NCBI GenBank assembly: GCA_009103225.1
Contig: RHPI01002533.1
Span: forward strand, 1,679,186-1,743,185
Source of the DNA: Chlorokybus atmophyticus
Taxonomy: Eukaryota; Plantae; Mesostigma and Chlorokybus algae
Direction of reading: 5' to 3'
Length of the DNA stretch: 64,000 nt
Shown: one piece after another, positions 51,328 to 64,000 of the stretch
Layout of the letters: every line of letters starts with the position of its first letter
Position numbering within the stretch: position 1 is the first letter of the stretch
Position numbers and translations under genes: made by a program
The notes under the pieces: generated by a model
Seen by the model: only the letters and a program-made list of their open reading frames with translations
The model's database searches: none
What the model was told of the DNA's origin: nothing

Positions 51328-54038
51328 ATGTCGCAAGATTGGGAGGAGCATAAAAGAAGGATTTGCAAAGCCCACTACCAGCTAAACCTACCAGTCGTCA
51401 ACAACTTGCGCCGCAAAAGAGCTAAGCACCTGGCTGACAATACTGCTTTAAGCCCGATAGATACTACACATGTCATATATGTGATGTATCAGTTGCGTGG
51501 GGGGAAAAGCATGTATGTTGGCTTGTCGTGCAACTGAGCTTTTGCTCGATTCAAGCAGCTTGTGCAAAAATGCAACACAGCGGAAGCTACACCATTGGAG
51601 AAAGCTTTGCGAGGAGACAGCATCAGTCACTGGGGCATCTCACAAGTAGAACACATACCTCAACCACTAGAGCTGGACGACATGCAATGGCGAAGATTAG
51701 CGAGGACGCGAGAGTTGTTCTGGATGCATTCGCTACAAATGCAAGCCCCAAAAGGATTCAACCAAAAGCCGCGAGGCCTGCGAAGAATTAGAACTGCCTA
51801 CACACGTGCATGTGTTGCCATGAAAACACCCGCCTTGCCATATAGAAATGAAGCACCTGCAAACAACAACCAAGTTTGGCAGTATGCGTACAGAGACTAC
51901 GGAAGACGCTACCTGCAGGACTGCATGATACAACGATGGTTCAGCATCAGCCATCTGTTGCAGTACGATAGACGTAATCATCAGCGTATGCTCAGCCTTT
52001 TGCATAGATCTGCACCACATGACCTGGGCCTCCAACCGGCAAAATCACGTGCTATACACGGCGCTTTGACCAGAGCCATACTGACCTACCCGAGGCCACC
52101 TTGCAACGCCAATCGCATGCTGATTAGCTGCAAGTTCCTGGGAGTGGGAGCAGACGCACTCAATTTGCAACCGGCCATGTCCAGTACAGCGGCACAAGCA
52201 GCACTACCTCAACACCTGCAGCGGATGTGGAGAGACCCACTGGCAGTTTGCAAGTACAATAAAACATTAGCCAAAGCACTGTGCAAGCGCTCTTCGGTTG
52301 TCACACGTGTGGCCGTACAAGAGCAGGCGCGGGCTATGTCGTATTGCAGCTGCAACACAATATTATACAGACCATACAACAGCCCAACGCTGAGCCACGT
52401 CGTGACATGCGACTTCAGCATAGCTAGGTTACAGGCGGTGGCGGATTAATGGGGAGAGGCACAAAGTTCAAAATGCCAGCGTTGGCAACAATGGAAGCAA
52501 GCTTGCGAGCAGGTATAAGAACACTATACCGGTGGGCAGAGACACAAGAAGCCAGTCACAACCAGTCAGAGTTGCTCAGGCCGTGGGTACATGCAGTAGT
52601 TGACAACCTGCAGCAACAAGCAGCAGCAGCGCCACCACCACCAACACCAGCAACCAACAACAGCCCTACCGTGACAATGATGAACAACACAATTATTGGC
52701 TACTTACACCACGCCTTTGTCGTAACCCAGGTGGACAAGTGTGCGGGCACATATGCAGTGGTGTGCAAGCGGTATTACTTGCAATGCATCACAACAGAAC
52801 TGGCCACGCCTATGTACGAGTTGTGGGAGCAACCAGCGCACCAAGTCATCGCAGCACACGCCCAATTCAATGCTCACCACGGCTTTAAACATCACCCATA
52901 CGGGTCAACCCCCAAGTTACTACACCTCTACCTTACTGCCAAGCTACACAAAGCACTCCCCAAACTGAGTGTACAAGACCCAAGCGTCAGTACATGCTGG
53001 ATCTTGAAGGACTCCATGGGCTTTGACCATCTCCAGGACCTCCTCAACACAAGAAGAGCACAACAAGACAGAGTTCCTCAACATGCTGACCTACGACTTC
53101 ACGACGTTGTACACCAACCTACAGCACGAAGACCTGGTGGATAACATAGCAGAAGTTATGCGTGAAGTCTTTGCCTATCAGCTACTACATCGGAGGGCAA
53201 CCACTCTGCACGTCACCGTCAATGCTGGAGTGGTCGCACACAGATGGGCGACAGGCTCTACAATCATTGCAACGCAAGGGACGACCAAGGTCTTCACAGA
53301 AGGGTGGCTGAATGTGCTATTGCGCTATGTCTGTGCCAAACTGTACGTACAACAGCACAAGACAGAATCCAAAGGCAACGCATAGGGATACCAATGGGGA
53401 ACAACGCGGGGGTCTACTTAGCGAATATGGACCTGTATGCATACGAGCTGAGGTGGCTGAGACGACTACGCCCCTTGGTGGACAGACCCCTGTTCCTAAA
53501 GCTGGTGTCCAGGATAGTGCACTTCGTTGATGACCTCCTCGTCATCGACATGTTAGAGTTCACAGAGTCCATGTACATGTCAGAGACAGCGGTGACGGGA
53601 GGCATCTATCCTGCTCATATGCTCACGCTGGTTCAAAAAGCCACATGCACTGCTATCCACTTTTTGGACAGTCTCGTGTTTCAGTCTGTTCATCATGGAG
53701 TTTGCAAGCGATCCTATGACAAGCTGCGAGAACCAGACTTTAAAGGGGTCCCAGTGTTGCGGTCACCTCACCCAGCGTCAGCAATCGCAACTACAAGCAA
53801 GCTAAATGTCGTCATCTCGCAATACATACGCTTCACAACACTGTGCACATTCCGCACACACTTCCTGCAAGAAATGCATTGCTTGCTTCGAAACATGTGC
53901 AGGCAAGGGTACAGCAAGCGTCAGCAGCTGTTTCTGCGACTGAGGGCCAAGATGCAGCAACAGGCGGACTACATCTACGACGTCTCACCGATGCAACTGT
54001 ACATGCTCGTGGCGAAAGCATGCGAGGCAATCACATGA
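51328..54038 (+). pseudogene. PLE polyprotein (GIY-YIG + RT) broken by 1 stop and about 3 frameshifts
   Basis: GIY-YIG: VIYVMY..MYVGLS..ARFKQ..RELFW..LQ..PKGFN. RT: YDFTTLYTNL, IGIPMGNNAGVYLAN, HFVDDLL, HFLD, SYDK. There is a TGA at 51535 and frameshifts near 52449, ~53020 and ~53385. Confidence 0.88.
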
Positions 54039-54071
54039 GGGGAGCAGCTAGTCTGCCCTCATGCACATCAA

Positions 54072-54478
54072 GCAGGGCTAGCCATACTAACACTAACCCT
54101 AACAGTGCATACAACAGCACAACAGGTCCAGAACAAAGGACTAGCGGAGGGGGAGGGGGAGGGGGAGGGGGTGGCGGATGGGGTGGCGTAGTGGCACACA
54201 CATCACTGCACGTCATTGCACAGCGCCTGTACCTACCTCCTCCACATCCGGCCTATCAAGCTCTCGTGGTCCCTAATAGGTTGGCTACCCTACTTGCAAC
54301 ACTGCTTCAGATCCCATCACACTGCACATAGGGCACGTAGTTAAGAGCTTGGAAGAACCCGGGGTGGTGTTCATTAACTGTATGTGAGCTGCTGTTGTAT
54401 GTGCCTGACGTGCGTGGATGCTGCTGCTATATGACATTACATGCATGTGCACGAGTGACAATACGGCCTATACCCTAT
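54072..54478 (+). repeat. Right pseudo-LTR of the PLE
   Basis: Direct repeat of 50473-51049 with scattered substitutions; it starts just after the RT stop at 54038. Confidence 0.92.
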
Positions 54479-55441
54479 ACTTGTACATATAAGCCATGTA
54501 CAACGTCTGTCATTTCAGTCAACTGATGCGTTGGTAGTGCAGTAACAATGTTGATTATTGTGTTTTGCGAATAACGTAACGTTAAAGGAGTATAATTGAG
54601 CGTTTGAATTTGTTTTCACAGTCGTGCATGTACAGGTATATCGAGTCCTTATCCGCTTTGAAGAATCTGCAATGGCAGTGCAATGAACGAGCTTTCGCAT
54701 GAAGCCGCGACGGATTCGATGTTGGAGCGGCGTTTCAAACAATTGCACCCGCGCGGACGGCGCGCCAATGCGACAGAACTGGCTTTTGAAGCAGACCAAA
54801 CCGCGTGAAAAACGAAAAACTAAAAAACGTCCCGTTACGGCTGCCGTACAGACGGTTAATCGTCCCTAGTTATGGTCTGCTGGTAACTTGACCAGCCGTT
54901 CCAGACACGCGCCGCGGCCTGCAGCCCCTTGGTCAACAGGTAACCGACGCGGTTGCATTGACCGCGGTCACGTCCCCTCCGCTCAAACCCAAGCCGAAAT
55001 TTGCACAAACTTTGTCACTGTAACCAGCCACTCGGTTTGTATCGTGCTGCGCAGCGCTCACATCGAGTCTCTCCAACGGCCGGTGTGAAAAATGCATTGG
55101 CTGGCAGCTTTCCCATGTGTTTGACCGGCAGCGTCTGCAAATTCAATCGGTCGTACGACTGGTCGGTCAGGTCGACGCGGTTTGGGGTTATGGAAAACAC
55201 GTAACGTTGGGGTTTTAATGAAATTGTTGCTGACGCTGAGTTAAGCGTTTTTGGCCGCCATCGCCACCAACCACCTGCTTAGGGTTGTCGTCGACGTCGT
55301 CGTAGTGGCTGCCGCCGCCGCCGCCGCTGCAGTGGTTAGCGCCGTCTTCCGCACGGCCGAGTTCAGCGTATTCAAGGGCGCGGTTGATCAGCGCGGCGCC
55401 GCTGTAGTGTCTCTGTAGCTGTTGTTCTGTTGCGTGCGTAG

Positions 55442-56434
<993 letters not shown>

Positions 56435-58569
56435 TTGCGCCACACAAGTGCGCCGCACTTCACCGCACTCCATGGTTTGCCTTCATCAGGCCTGGCGTGT
56501 TGCCCAAGCAGTCCCCTGCACGCCTTCTAGCGCTGTGTATATGTAGTGCAGCTTCAACTCTCAACGGCAGTTGTCTAGATGCGTGCAGCACGGACAACAT
56601 GCAATGCGCTAGGCTGTAGGTGTGTTGATGTGTGCCATACCTAGTGCAGCCATGAAAAACTTTGCATTGTGGTATTGTTAGCAAACCAGTATGTCCGTCA
56701 GCTATGTTCCCAGGGTGGGTTGATGAATGCGCCACACGCAGTTGGGTGGGTGATGGCAGCATGTCAGTGACTGATGTACTTGATGATTGCTGCTGTCGCT
56801 CATTGGTCTTGGCGCAGGTGCAGTCCTGCCTGCACGCTTGCTGCAAGTTGGACGCCTTTCCACTACCTGTCTTTGCCTTCCAGTGCCCTGCTGCAGATGC
56901 CACTGCTTACCTGGGACTTGGGCATGTGATTGCGGTATCTGCATCTCAAGTATCTACATACTGCCTCATTGTGGGATTGTGTGCGGGGCGGGCGGCGAGG
57001 CAATGCCCGCTGCAGACCCCTGCATGCCGAGCCTATGATGTCGCGCTGGGGGGCATGGTGTGAGTACAACATATCGGATGCAGGGAGTGTGAGGCGGACA
57101 CCGTTGTTCGTCGTTCGGTGTTGGTGTTAGGTGCTTGTGCGTGTGGTGGTGTGTACAAAAGATGGAGTGCTGATAAGCCCGCATGCATGGGATTATAAGC
57201 ATGAGAAATGCATGTTGTCATGCACATCCTGCAAGCAATCAGTCAACAGCAGTCACAATGCTATTATACCACAGGGCTAGGTACTTGTAACGTACCAAAC
57301 TACCACTACTTGGCTACCCCGTTAGTCATGTATGTATGTTTGATCATCACCTGCATTTGACAGCACCAGCAGCGTCAGGCTGATGTTGCACGATCGTGCA
57401 GCGGTATGAGAGCACGAGCACAAGCATTCAGCGTGCGAATGCGCCCTCTCCTCTCCCTTCCCCTCCTCTTCTTCAATCCCCCTGTTTCCTCTCCTCCTCC
57501 CCCGCGCCTCTCTCTCTTCTCCCGCCACGTCCGTCTCCCTTGCTGGCGATGCAGCAACCCTTGGTGATGTGCGTGCGGGAGGGCCCCTCTGCCCTGCCCC
57601 TCTGCGGTCCTGTGTCCTTGGGTGCGTAGTGCCAGTCCGCACTGCATGCAGTAGTAGCGGCGCTGTTGCTGGCGGTTAGGTCTTGATGGTGGGGTTGGGT
57701 GGTGGGGTTGGGTGGTTTCTGTGGATAGGCATGATAGATGTTGCCAATTACTCTTGCACGTTCATCTTGATTGTGAGCTTTACTGTGACGCTTCCCCTGC
57801 TCTTATCTACAATTGCTGTGTTGGTATACATACAATGGACATGATGACTTTTTGTCTAACTAACGGGGCAGGGGTTTAGCGTGTTAGGTAGAGTAGGCAG
57901 CTCGATGATGAACTGCTGATGTAGAGTGTTTGCATGAGTTGACGTGTGTTGAGTGCATGTTATGCTGGTGTTGTGTGTGCTTTACACCTTGCATGCGGCT
58001 ATACTAGCATACGATCTCTTATATAAAATACAGCCTACCCTCCTCGGCAATATTAAAGGGAGGAGCTGCGGCAGTGGCTGCGGTGCCGGGATGGGGTCAT
58101 GTCGCTTAAGGCCCTCTGACTACCGAGGCAGATGCGGCGCTTGCTTAGCATGACAGTGTGTGTGTTTGTGTCTGTGTGTAAGGTTGTATGTCGGTTGTGT
58201 ACGGTTGGGCATAGAGGCAGTTAGGTATGGCATGTAGCAAGATCAGAGGTTACACTTTTTGCAAATGGCTTGAGTGCTTTAGGATTGTGAAATCGGGCTT
58301 AGAATAGGCCAAAAACAGCTGTCATTGCAATTCGGACAAGATTTTATCTCGAATGCACATAATGCTCATCATAACAAATGAATTAATTCCTACGTGAAAA
58401 CATGATGGTTTTTACACTATTTGCAACTTTTCGAGATACATAAAGCGACATCCACGGCAGCACATTATACACGGAAAACATGATTCAACATCCACTACAG
58501 CAACTTGCATTACTTTGGTAAACAATCTACACTTAGCCAAAAAATGTACAAACCTAGCTATGTTACTTC

Positions 58570-61250
58570 ACAACACCTCAAGGATGGCCTCATGCAGCTC
58601 GTCCCGTATGCAAAACAACGACTCCCTTATACCTTTCCATGTCTTTAGCTTGGACTTATTGCGGGTAAGTCGTTTACTTTTTGACTCCCGCTCCAACGTG
58701 ACCTTGGGTACGCACCGCGCAATAAGTAAGCTGGTACTCTTACCTTTTGTGGGGTTGAGGCGGTAGGAACCACAAAGACCGTTTTCGCAACTCTTGAACT
58801 GGGACATGTTGTTGTGTGAGCCGAAATATACAGCTGTAATGTAGAGGGTGTCCAGCAGCACCCTGTTGCTATAGCTGTCCGCACGGGTTGTCGTTTGACA
58901 ATTTCTTTCTGCCTCCTCCACACATTAAGGATTTGATAAGGTGCATCTTTGTCGTGATCTTCAGCGCTCCCGTCTGAGGATACGATGATGAGATTACCTT
59001 TTGTTAAGGTCATTGCCAGCGTCTCTTCGTTTAGCATTGGCGTCTGCAAGAAAGCAAGCACTCATATTACGGAAACTATAGTACCCTGCTTGCATTGGCA
59101 CGCATTGCAAGATGTTGGACGTCCAGTAACTTGCAAGCTCAGCAATGTCTCTCATGACGTCCATGTACAAGGGTGCATAGACAGCAAGCAATGCCGGCTA
59201 TTGAACCTTCATTAACTTGCAAGCTCAGCATTGTCTTACATAACATCCAGCTACACATGCTGGCAACTATTCACTTTTAACATCTCATGCAAATCCGAAT
59301 GTTTAATTCCTGCACTGCACTTTTCTTCTCTTCTTAAATGCTTACCTCTTGCTCAGCTTCTTCCGCTTCATTATCTCCAGCCACGAGCACCTGCTGCTTC
59401 CACCTGCCCGCATACTCCTTGTCGACACAGCTAAAATGCAACTCCTCGACACATGGTGCACAAAAGCAAGCGAGCGCACGGGACATGAAGCGGTCCGCTT
59501 CACCCGTCGCTCGCACGGCCTGGAACTTCATAGTGCCTGGCACTATCCGGTAATTGCATCCTTCCGATTTATGCACAACCTCGTCAATGTTCAAAAGGTG
59601 AAAAAAGCGCTTTTGCACACACGCCTCGCCTTCTTGAGATATATACGTGGATACAACTCCTCGGGCCAGGTGCTCATTAGCGTAATGTGCCGCGGACTTC
59701 GCATTCACTATATGTTCTCCCTGCAGCACTGCCCTGTTCAGAAGGTGCTTTAATGCTCCTCTCTAGCCGTCATGTTCTCCTTTACCGTGCTGAGGGCAAG
59801 GATAATGCCACTCCAGCTTTATATGACAATAAGCCGCATGGTCGTCCTCGCATTCAACAGTCGATGCAAAAGTCGTGAGAACATGCACTTCAAACTTTGC
59901 TAATTGTCCAAATTGTTTTGCGCACTTGAATTGCCAATTCAACTGCAGCGTACGGTACGGTAGTTGTCACTCCAATTGACGATTTTGTGTACATTAATGT
60001 CTTGAGCCGATACCCCCAAGGAGTCTTATGATGCAATGATGCATCATGAAGCTGTCTTTGCTCATGTGATCTGTAATAAAGAAGTGCACCTGCGTGAAAT
60101 ATGACAAAATCAATTTTTGTCAGGGGCAAGTCAGCTATAATAGGTCTATTACCGTAACACATGATGCTTTACCTCTTTCATGTGCACATGCTCCTCATCT
60201 GTAGACTCGATGCCATCGACTACAATCCGCGCGTGCCGATGCACTATCATGACATAGATCACTACAGGTGCGGATTAAAGTGCTGCTACATCAGCTCGGT
60301 GTTTAGGCGAATGGGACAGTTTCCCGAAAAGTCACTGATTATAACAATGGTGCGGCTATTACAAATCTCTGTAAGCATTGTCGTTGCTGAGAAGCTTGCC
60401 ACGAACTCAGACACGCGTGCCAGCGAAAGTCCTCCTGTATAGGTCGGTATCGCATGCGGAATGCCGAGCAAGTAAGCAAATGCATGGCAAAATCCAAGCA
60501 TCGTACTCCATGACAGAACCATTAATAGCGCCCTCTCTGCTTTCGCTTTTCGTAAAGGGATGGACAGAGTCGCGTAGTGACGTCTCGTAAATCTATAAGA
60601 CAATTCGGAAAAAGCTTGTCCCAGCCACACCGACTGGATTCTCCTTCGACACAGCGCTTCTTATGATACTCTTCACGAGGCTCCTTTGGGCACATGATAG
60701 AGTTCACAGCGTCTGATAGATGGCGGAAATCCTTTGCGGGCCAGTCAACACTTGCTATACATGATATAATTGCAAGGACCGTTGCAGCCGCACATAGTCT
60801 GTACCTTTTAAACAATATGTAAGCGGTAGGCGGCTTGTACGATCTTGAAGGTCGAGTAATTGCCAGCTTGATTACCTCACAGCAATCGCAGGAACGGTGA
60901 CAATTATCATTATGCCGCAGGCGCATAAAATTGGTAAGGGCGTCTCACGTCTCCTTGTTCTTTGTGTGTGCTGAACAAACACAGACATGCCAAATGTCCC
61001 GTCCTCCCCTATAATTTGGTTTCAGCTTTTTGAATGTGCGCTGCTGTACTTTTATTTTTGGATGCTGCTCTTGGAATATCAGAAACAGCTCTGTGTGCGT
61101 GCTGCCTTTTTGATTTCTTCTAAGAATTTTGTTACGCAGCCTCTTGTTAGTGGTTTCATGTTGAGCGTAAATTTGATCGCGTTTGGATGCAGACTCTCTA
61201 GTGTTCTCATGCCAAAACTGTGTGATCAAATTGCATACGGCCACACGCAA
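58570..61250 (-). mobile_element. Decayed cut-and-paste DNA transposase, probably Sola2-like (DDD)
   Basis: In order on the minus strand: FLIFQEQHPKIKVQQRTFKKLKP..VCVCSAH (~61000), ISDFSGN (~60320), VNWSDN (~59970), QHGKGEHDG*RGALKH (~59770), VPGT..RALACFCAPC (~59480). Many stops. No TIRs established. Confidence 0.6.
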
Positions 61251-61744
61251 GCTGTCTTTGCGTTTGCTACGCCGCTTCAGGCTCCAGTCACTCCGAATGG
61301 ATCTCAGCTGATAGAACCGGTGACGTTTGATTTTAAGAAGTGCAGCGACCTTCTGCGTAACATGTGCACTATCTTAGACTTTTAACAACACACTGCTACC
61401 GGTTTTAATGAGCACGGCTCGTGCATGACGATGAGATTCTGTTCTTGCTGCCTTGACATTTCAATAAGCTTTTCGATACATTTCGGCAACGGTGCGAAGG
61501 GTTGGGGCATCGGCAACAGCCTTAAGATTCATCGTCTTGGATGGCAGCGTGCAGCAATAGTTGCTTAGTCAAAAGATCTTCAAGTACCATCGATGTTGCC
61601 TGGGTTGAGTTGCCATAGACTCTGACAATGTCCTTGGCTTTGTCGCTTGATATACGACCAACCGTCCACCTGAAGGTAAAATGCTACAGTGAGGGTTTAC
61701 GGTGTAGAAAACTCAGAACCCACCCAAGCCCACAGTAATTAAGG

Positions 61745-62032
61745 TTACTGGACCTCCAAGATCTAAATATTGGGGGGTGAAAGGTATAGCCGACTTGAGA
61801 TCTTGGAGGTCGAGTAACGCACAGCGGGTGAGGTTAATGAAACCTCCAACATCTCAGACATCGAGGGCTGAAAGGGTATTGCCGACCTGAATTCTCGAAG
61901 GTTGAGTAACGCACAGCGAGTGAAGTTACTGAACCTCCAAGATCTCAGACATCGAGGGGTGAAGGGTATTGCAGACCTGAGTCTTGGAGGTCAAGTAACG
62001 CACAGCTAGTGAAGTTACTGAACCTCCATGAT
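61745..62032. repeat. Tandem array of ~3.2 units (89/92/89 bp), each carrying a ~20-bp internal inverted repeat
   Basis: Units start at 61745, 61834, 61926 and 62015. In unit 1 the arms are TTACTGGACCTCCAAGATCT and AGATCTTGGAGGTCGAGTAA. Confidence 0.9.
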
Positions 62033-62339
62033 CGCAAGCCTGCGGCCTGGCATGCAATGGAGATAAAAATGCCTGTAACGCAATCTTGCAAAATGAAAAC
62101 TTTAACACCTCTGGGCTGAAGGGCTTTGGGTGCGGTTGTGACAATATGATCTAAATAGTAAAGCAACTGCAAGAAACACAGTAACGAGGCAACACTTGTG
62201 TGTATATGCATGCGTGTGCTCTTGCATGTGGACTTTGCATCACTATGGGTGTGTGACAGTAAATGCCACATGTTAACGAATGGCGGCTCCCCTACAGTTC
62301 ATTGTCTTATCATGCAGGGACGTATTACACAAGCAACAT

Positions 62340-62365
62340 GTGTGTGTGTGTGTGTGTGTGTGTGC
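62340..62365. repeat. (TG)n microsatellite
   Basis: Directly visible. Confidence 0.9.
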
Positions 62366-63485
62366 GCAAGTGTCTTGACTTGCTGCACTGTGTGCATGCA
62401 ATTCTGTGTTGCGTTTTCGTTACTGCCTGCAAGCTCACAATCCTACTGATGCGGTAACCAGTGTGTGAATTGATTGCATTACAGCAATATCAATTTGCAA
62501 CCGTTTTCAAACACCTACAAGATTGTAACACACGAATGTTGTTACGTGCTAAGTGGCGCCATTTGCAATCCCGCCGGTGGAACCCTCCGGCAGGAGCGCT
62601 GGGACAGCCCAACCCTCACTGTATAACTTCATGTCCTTAGCAGTATGAAATGCTGTGGCTTAAACCAACCCACCAAGACGTCCTAACAGTTAACAAAGCA
62701 CTAAGCTGCAACGGACTTGGCTCCCGCCGCCAGCTATGCCCCTCACACCCCCACCCATACCCCCGCCCAAAGCCAGACTCATTTACCACCTACCGCACCT
62801 AACTTGTTAACTTGCAACTTACCGATTGCAAGCTTCAGCTACACTCTAAACAGTGCCAACTATTGAGAAGCACTAGTGGTCGGCTGAAACACAACCGCCG
62901 CCGCCAACGACGATTACAACACCGCCACCGCCGCTATACCGGAGTGCTACCGCTATGCGGTTCCCCGCCCTTATTTAATGAGAAATAAAGGTCCCAACGG
63001 GATAAACACAGCCATTAAAGTCGTTTTATGGCCTTTATAGTCCCTAATAAGGTGTTATGTTACTTAACACCGATATGGACTTGAGACATGAGTCTCAAGT
63101 CGATATCGGCCGCATGGCGGCGCTGCTAACGCAGCGACCGCCATGGCCAGGGGAGTTTTCAATCCCCTGGCTGCCAGCAGCGGCGGCGGCGACGTGGCTG
63201 TGGTTGGTGGTGTTGGGGTAGGGGATTAAAGGGGGCGGTAGCACCCCCCTCTTTACATTTGGTATCGGAGCGAGGGCGTGGGGGCCTGGGGGGGCGGCGA
63301 CAGCTTCGGCGGCGGCGGGGCGCAGAGTCGGCAGTCGGCACAACTCAATGCCGACGTCAGACCGGCGGCCTGACAGCGGCGGCAGCGGCGGCAACTAGCA
63401 GCCGCTACCCACTAGGGTGGGTAGTGATAGTTGTAAGCTAGTTGTTGTTGTTGTATAGTTGTATAGTTGTATAGCGCTGCTGTTG

Positions 63486-63548
63486 GCCTAGCCTAGCCTT
63501 GCCTTGCTTGCTTAGCCTAGCCTAGCTTGCCTGGCCTAGCCTAGCTTG
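63486..63548. repeat. Degenerate (GCCTA/GCCTT)n pentamer repeat preceded by (GTT)n/(GTTGTATA)n
   Basis: ggcctagcctagccttgccttgcttgcttagcctagcctagcttgcctggcctagcctagc. Confidence 0.85.
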
Positions 63549-64000
63549 TTAGTGTGAAGGGGAGGCGGCCACTCAGGCAGCCTCACCTCAAGTATTGCAT
63601 CCCAGCACATCACTTGTAACTTAATATCACATATTACTTGTGATTGTGCTCGTAGTTGGGGCTGCCACCACGTGGATTCGTGGTGGTGTAAGGGGGGGTT
63701 GTGGTTGTTTACACTTCTCCCACCCCAAGAAAGCAGTTTAACGCCAACTTGGGCTGTTTTGGCCGCCATTCAGTGCGGTAGGGCCGCCAGATTCAATCTA
63801 AGCGGTCGATATCAAACCCTCGACTCACAACTTGTTGATATTGGCCTGTAGGGCTAATTCAACGAGAGTTTGGCAACTTTTGTGTCATTTACAATCGTGA
63901 GTTGAGCAGGGTTGTACAAAGTGCAAACTTTGAGTTGTTGTAGCTTGTGAACCGTTGCGTGGATTCGCGTGTGGTTTGTTTACAGGCGAGTGTCTTGTTG

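Larger units (their letters stand above)
50473..54478 (+). mobile_element. Penelope-like retroelement with N-terminal GIY-YIG endonuclease (Naiad/Chlamys architecture), degenerate, flanked by direct pseudo-LTRs
   Basis: The disrupted ORF 51328-54038 runs GIY-YIG, then a CSC..HVVTCD linker, then RT motifs. It is flanked by diverged direct repeats at 50473-51049 and 54072-54478. Confidence 0.88.

Noticed and set aside
51535-51537. In-frame TGA in the GIY-YIG domain as possible selenocysteine (some Naiad PLEs encode selenoproteins)
   Set aside because: The TGA aligns to a variable position of the YVGxTxRxLxxR motif, not a conserved Cys. The same ORF has several frameshifts and has lost the conserved His (KQLV), so decay is the simpler explanation.
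61745-62032. CRISPR-like array or LRR-coding repeat
   Set aside because: The inter-arm sequences are near-identical rather than unique spacers, and there are no cas genes in this eukaryotic context. No frame stays open across units.
58340-62075. Candidate TIR pair (ATTTTATCTCGAATGCA at ~58341 versus the reverse complement at ~62055-62071)
   Set aside because: Only about 13/17 matches and no TSD, which is insufficient to define element ends.

Overview
Compact, GC-rich, intron-rich eukaryotic nuclear DNA with short spliceosomal introns, many (CA)n/(TG)n intronic microsatellites and four N-gaps bordered by G/C runs. The gene content mixes plant-type genes (FPA, phytocyanin, plant-type kelch protein, ChlP) with a putative cilium-associated coiled-coil gene. 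This suggests a flagellate early-diverging streptophyte green alga, which is an inference only. Genes read by manual splicing, in order: an unknown Zn-finger-like gene (+, ~2.4-4.0 kb); kelch-repeat protein with a Gln-rich repeat tail (-); secreted phytocyanin with an extra C-terminal domain (+); FPA (-); conserved coiled-coil protein (+); 60S acidic ribosomal protein P2 (-); inositol polyphosphate 5-phosphatase ending in CaaX (+); TlyA-type rRNA methyltransferase (-); RUN-RUN-PX-Rubicon-homology protein (+); DHX57/DHX29-like DExH helicase (-); dipeptide epimerase of the enolase superfamily (+); geranylgeranyl reductase ChlP (+); calmodulin (+). The last 16 kb is rich in transposable elements. 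It holds a possible MULE remnant, a Penelope-like retroelement with an N-terminal GIY-YIG domain flanked by direct pseudo-LTRs, a decayed Sola2-like DNA transposase, an adjacent ~90-bp palindromic tandem array and a hairpin cluster. Exon boundaries and family calls were made by eye without database searches. I found no clearly new biological system; the best leads are the element-associated structures and the unusual domain fusions.
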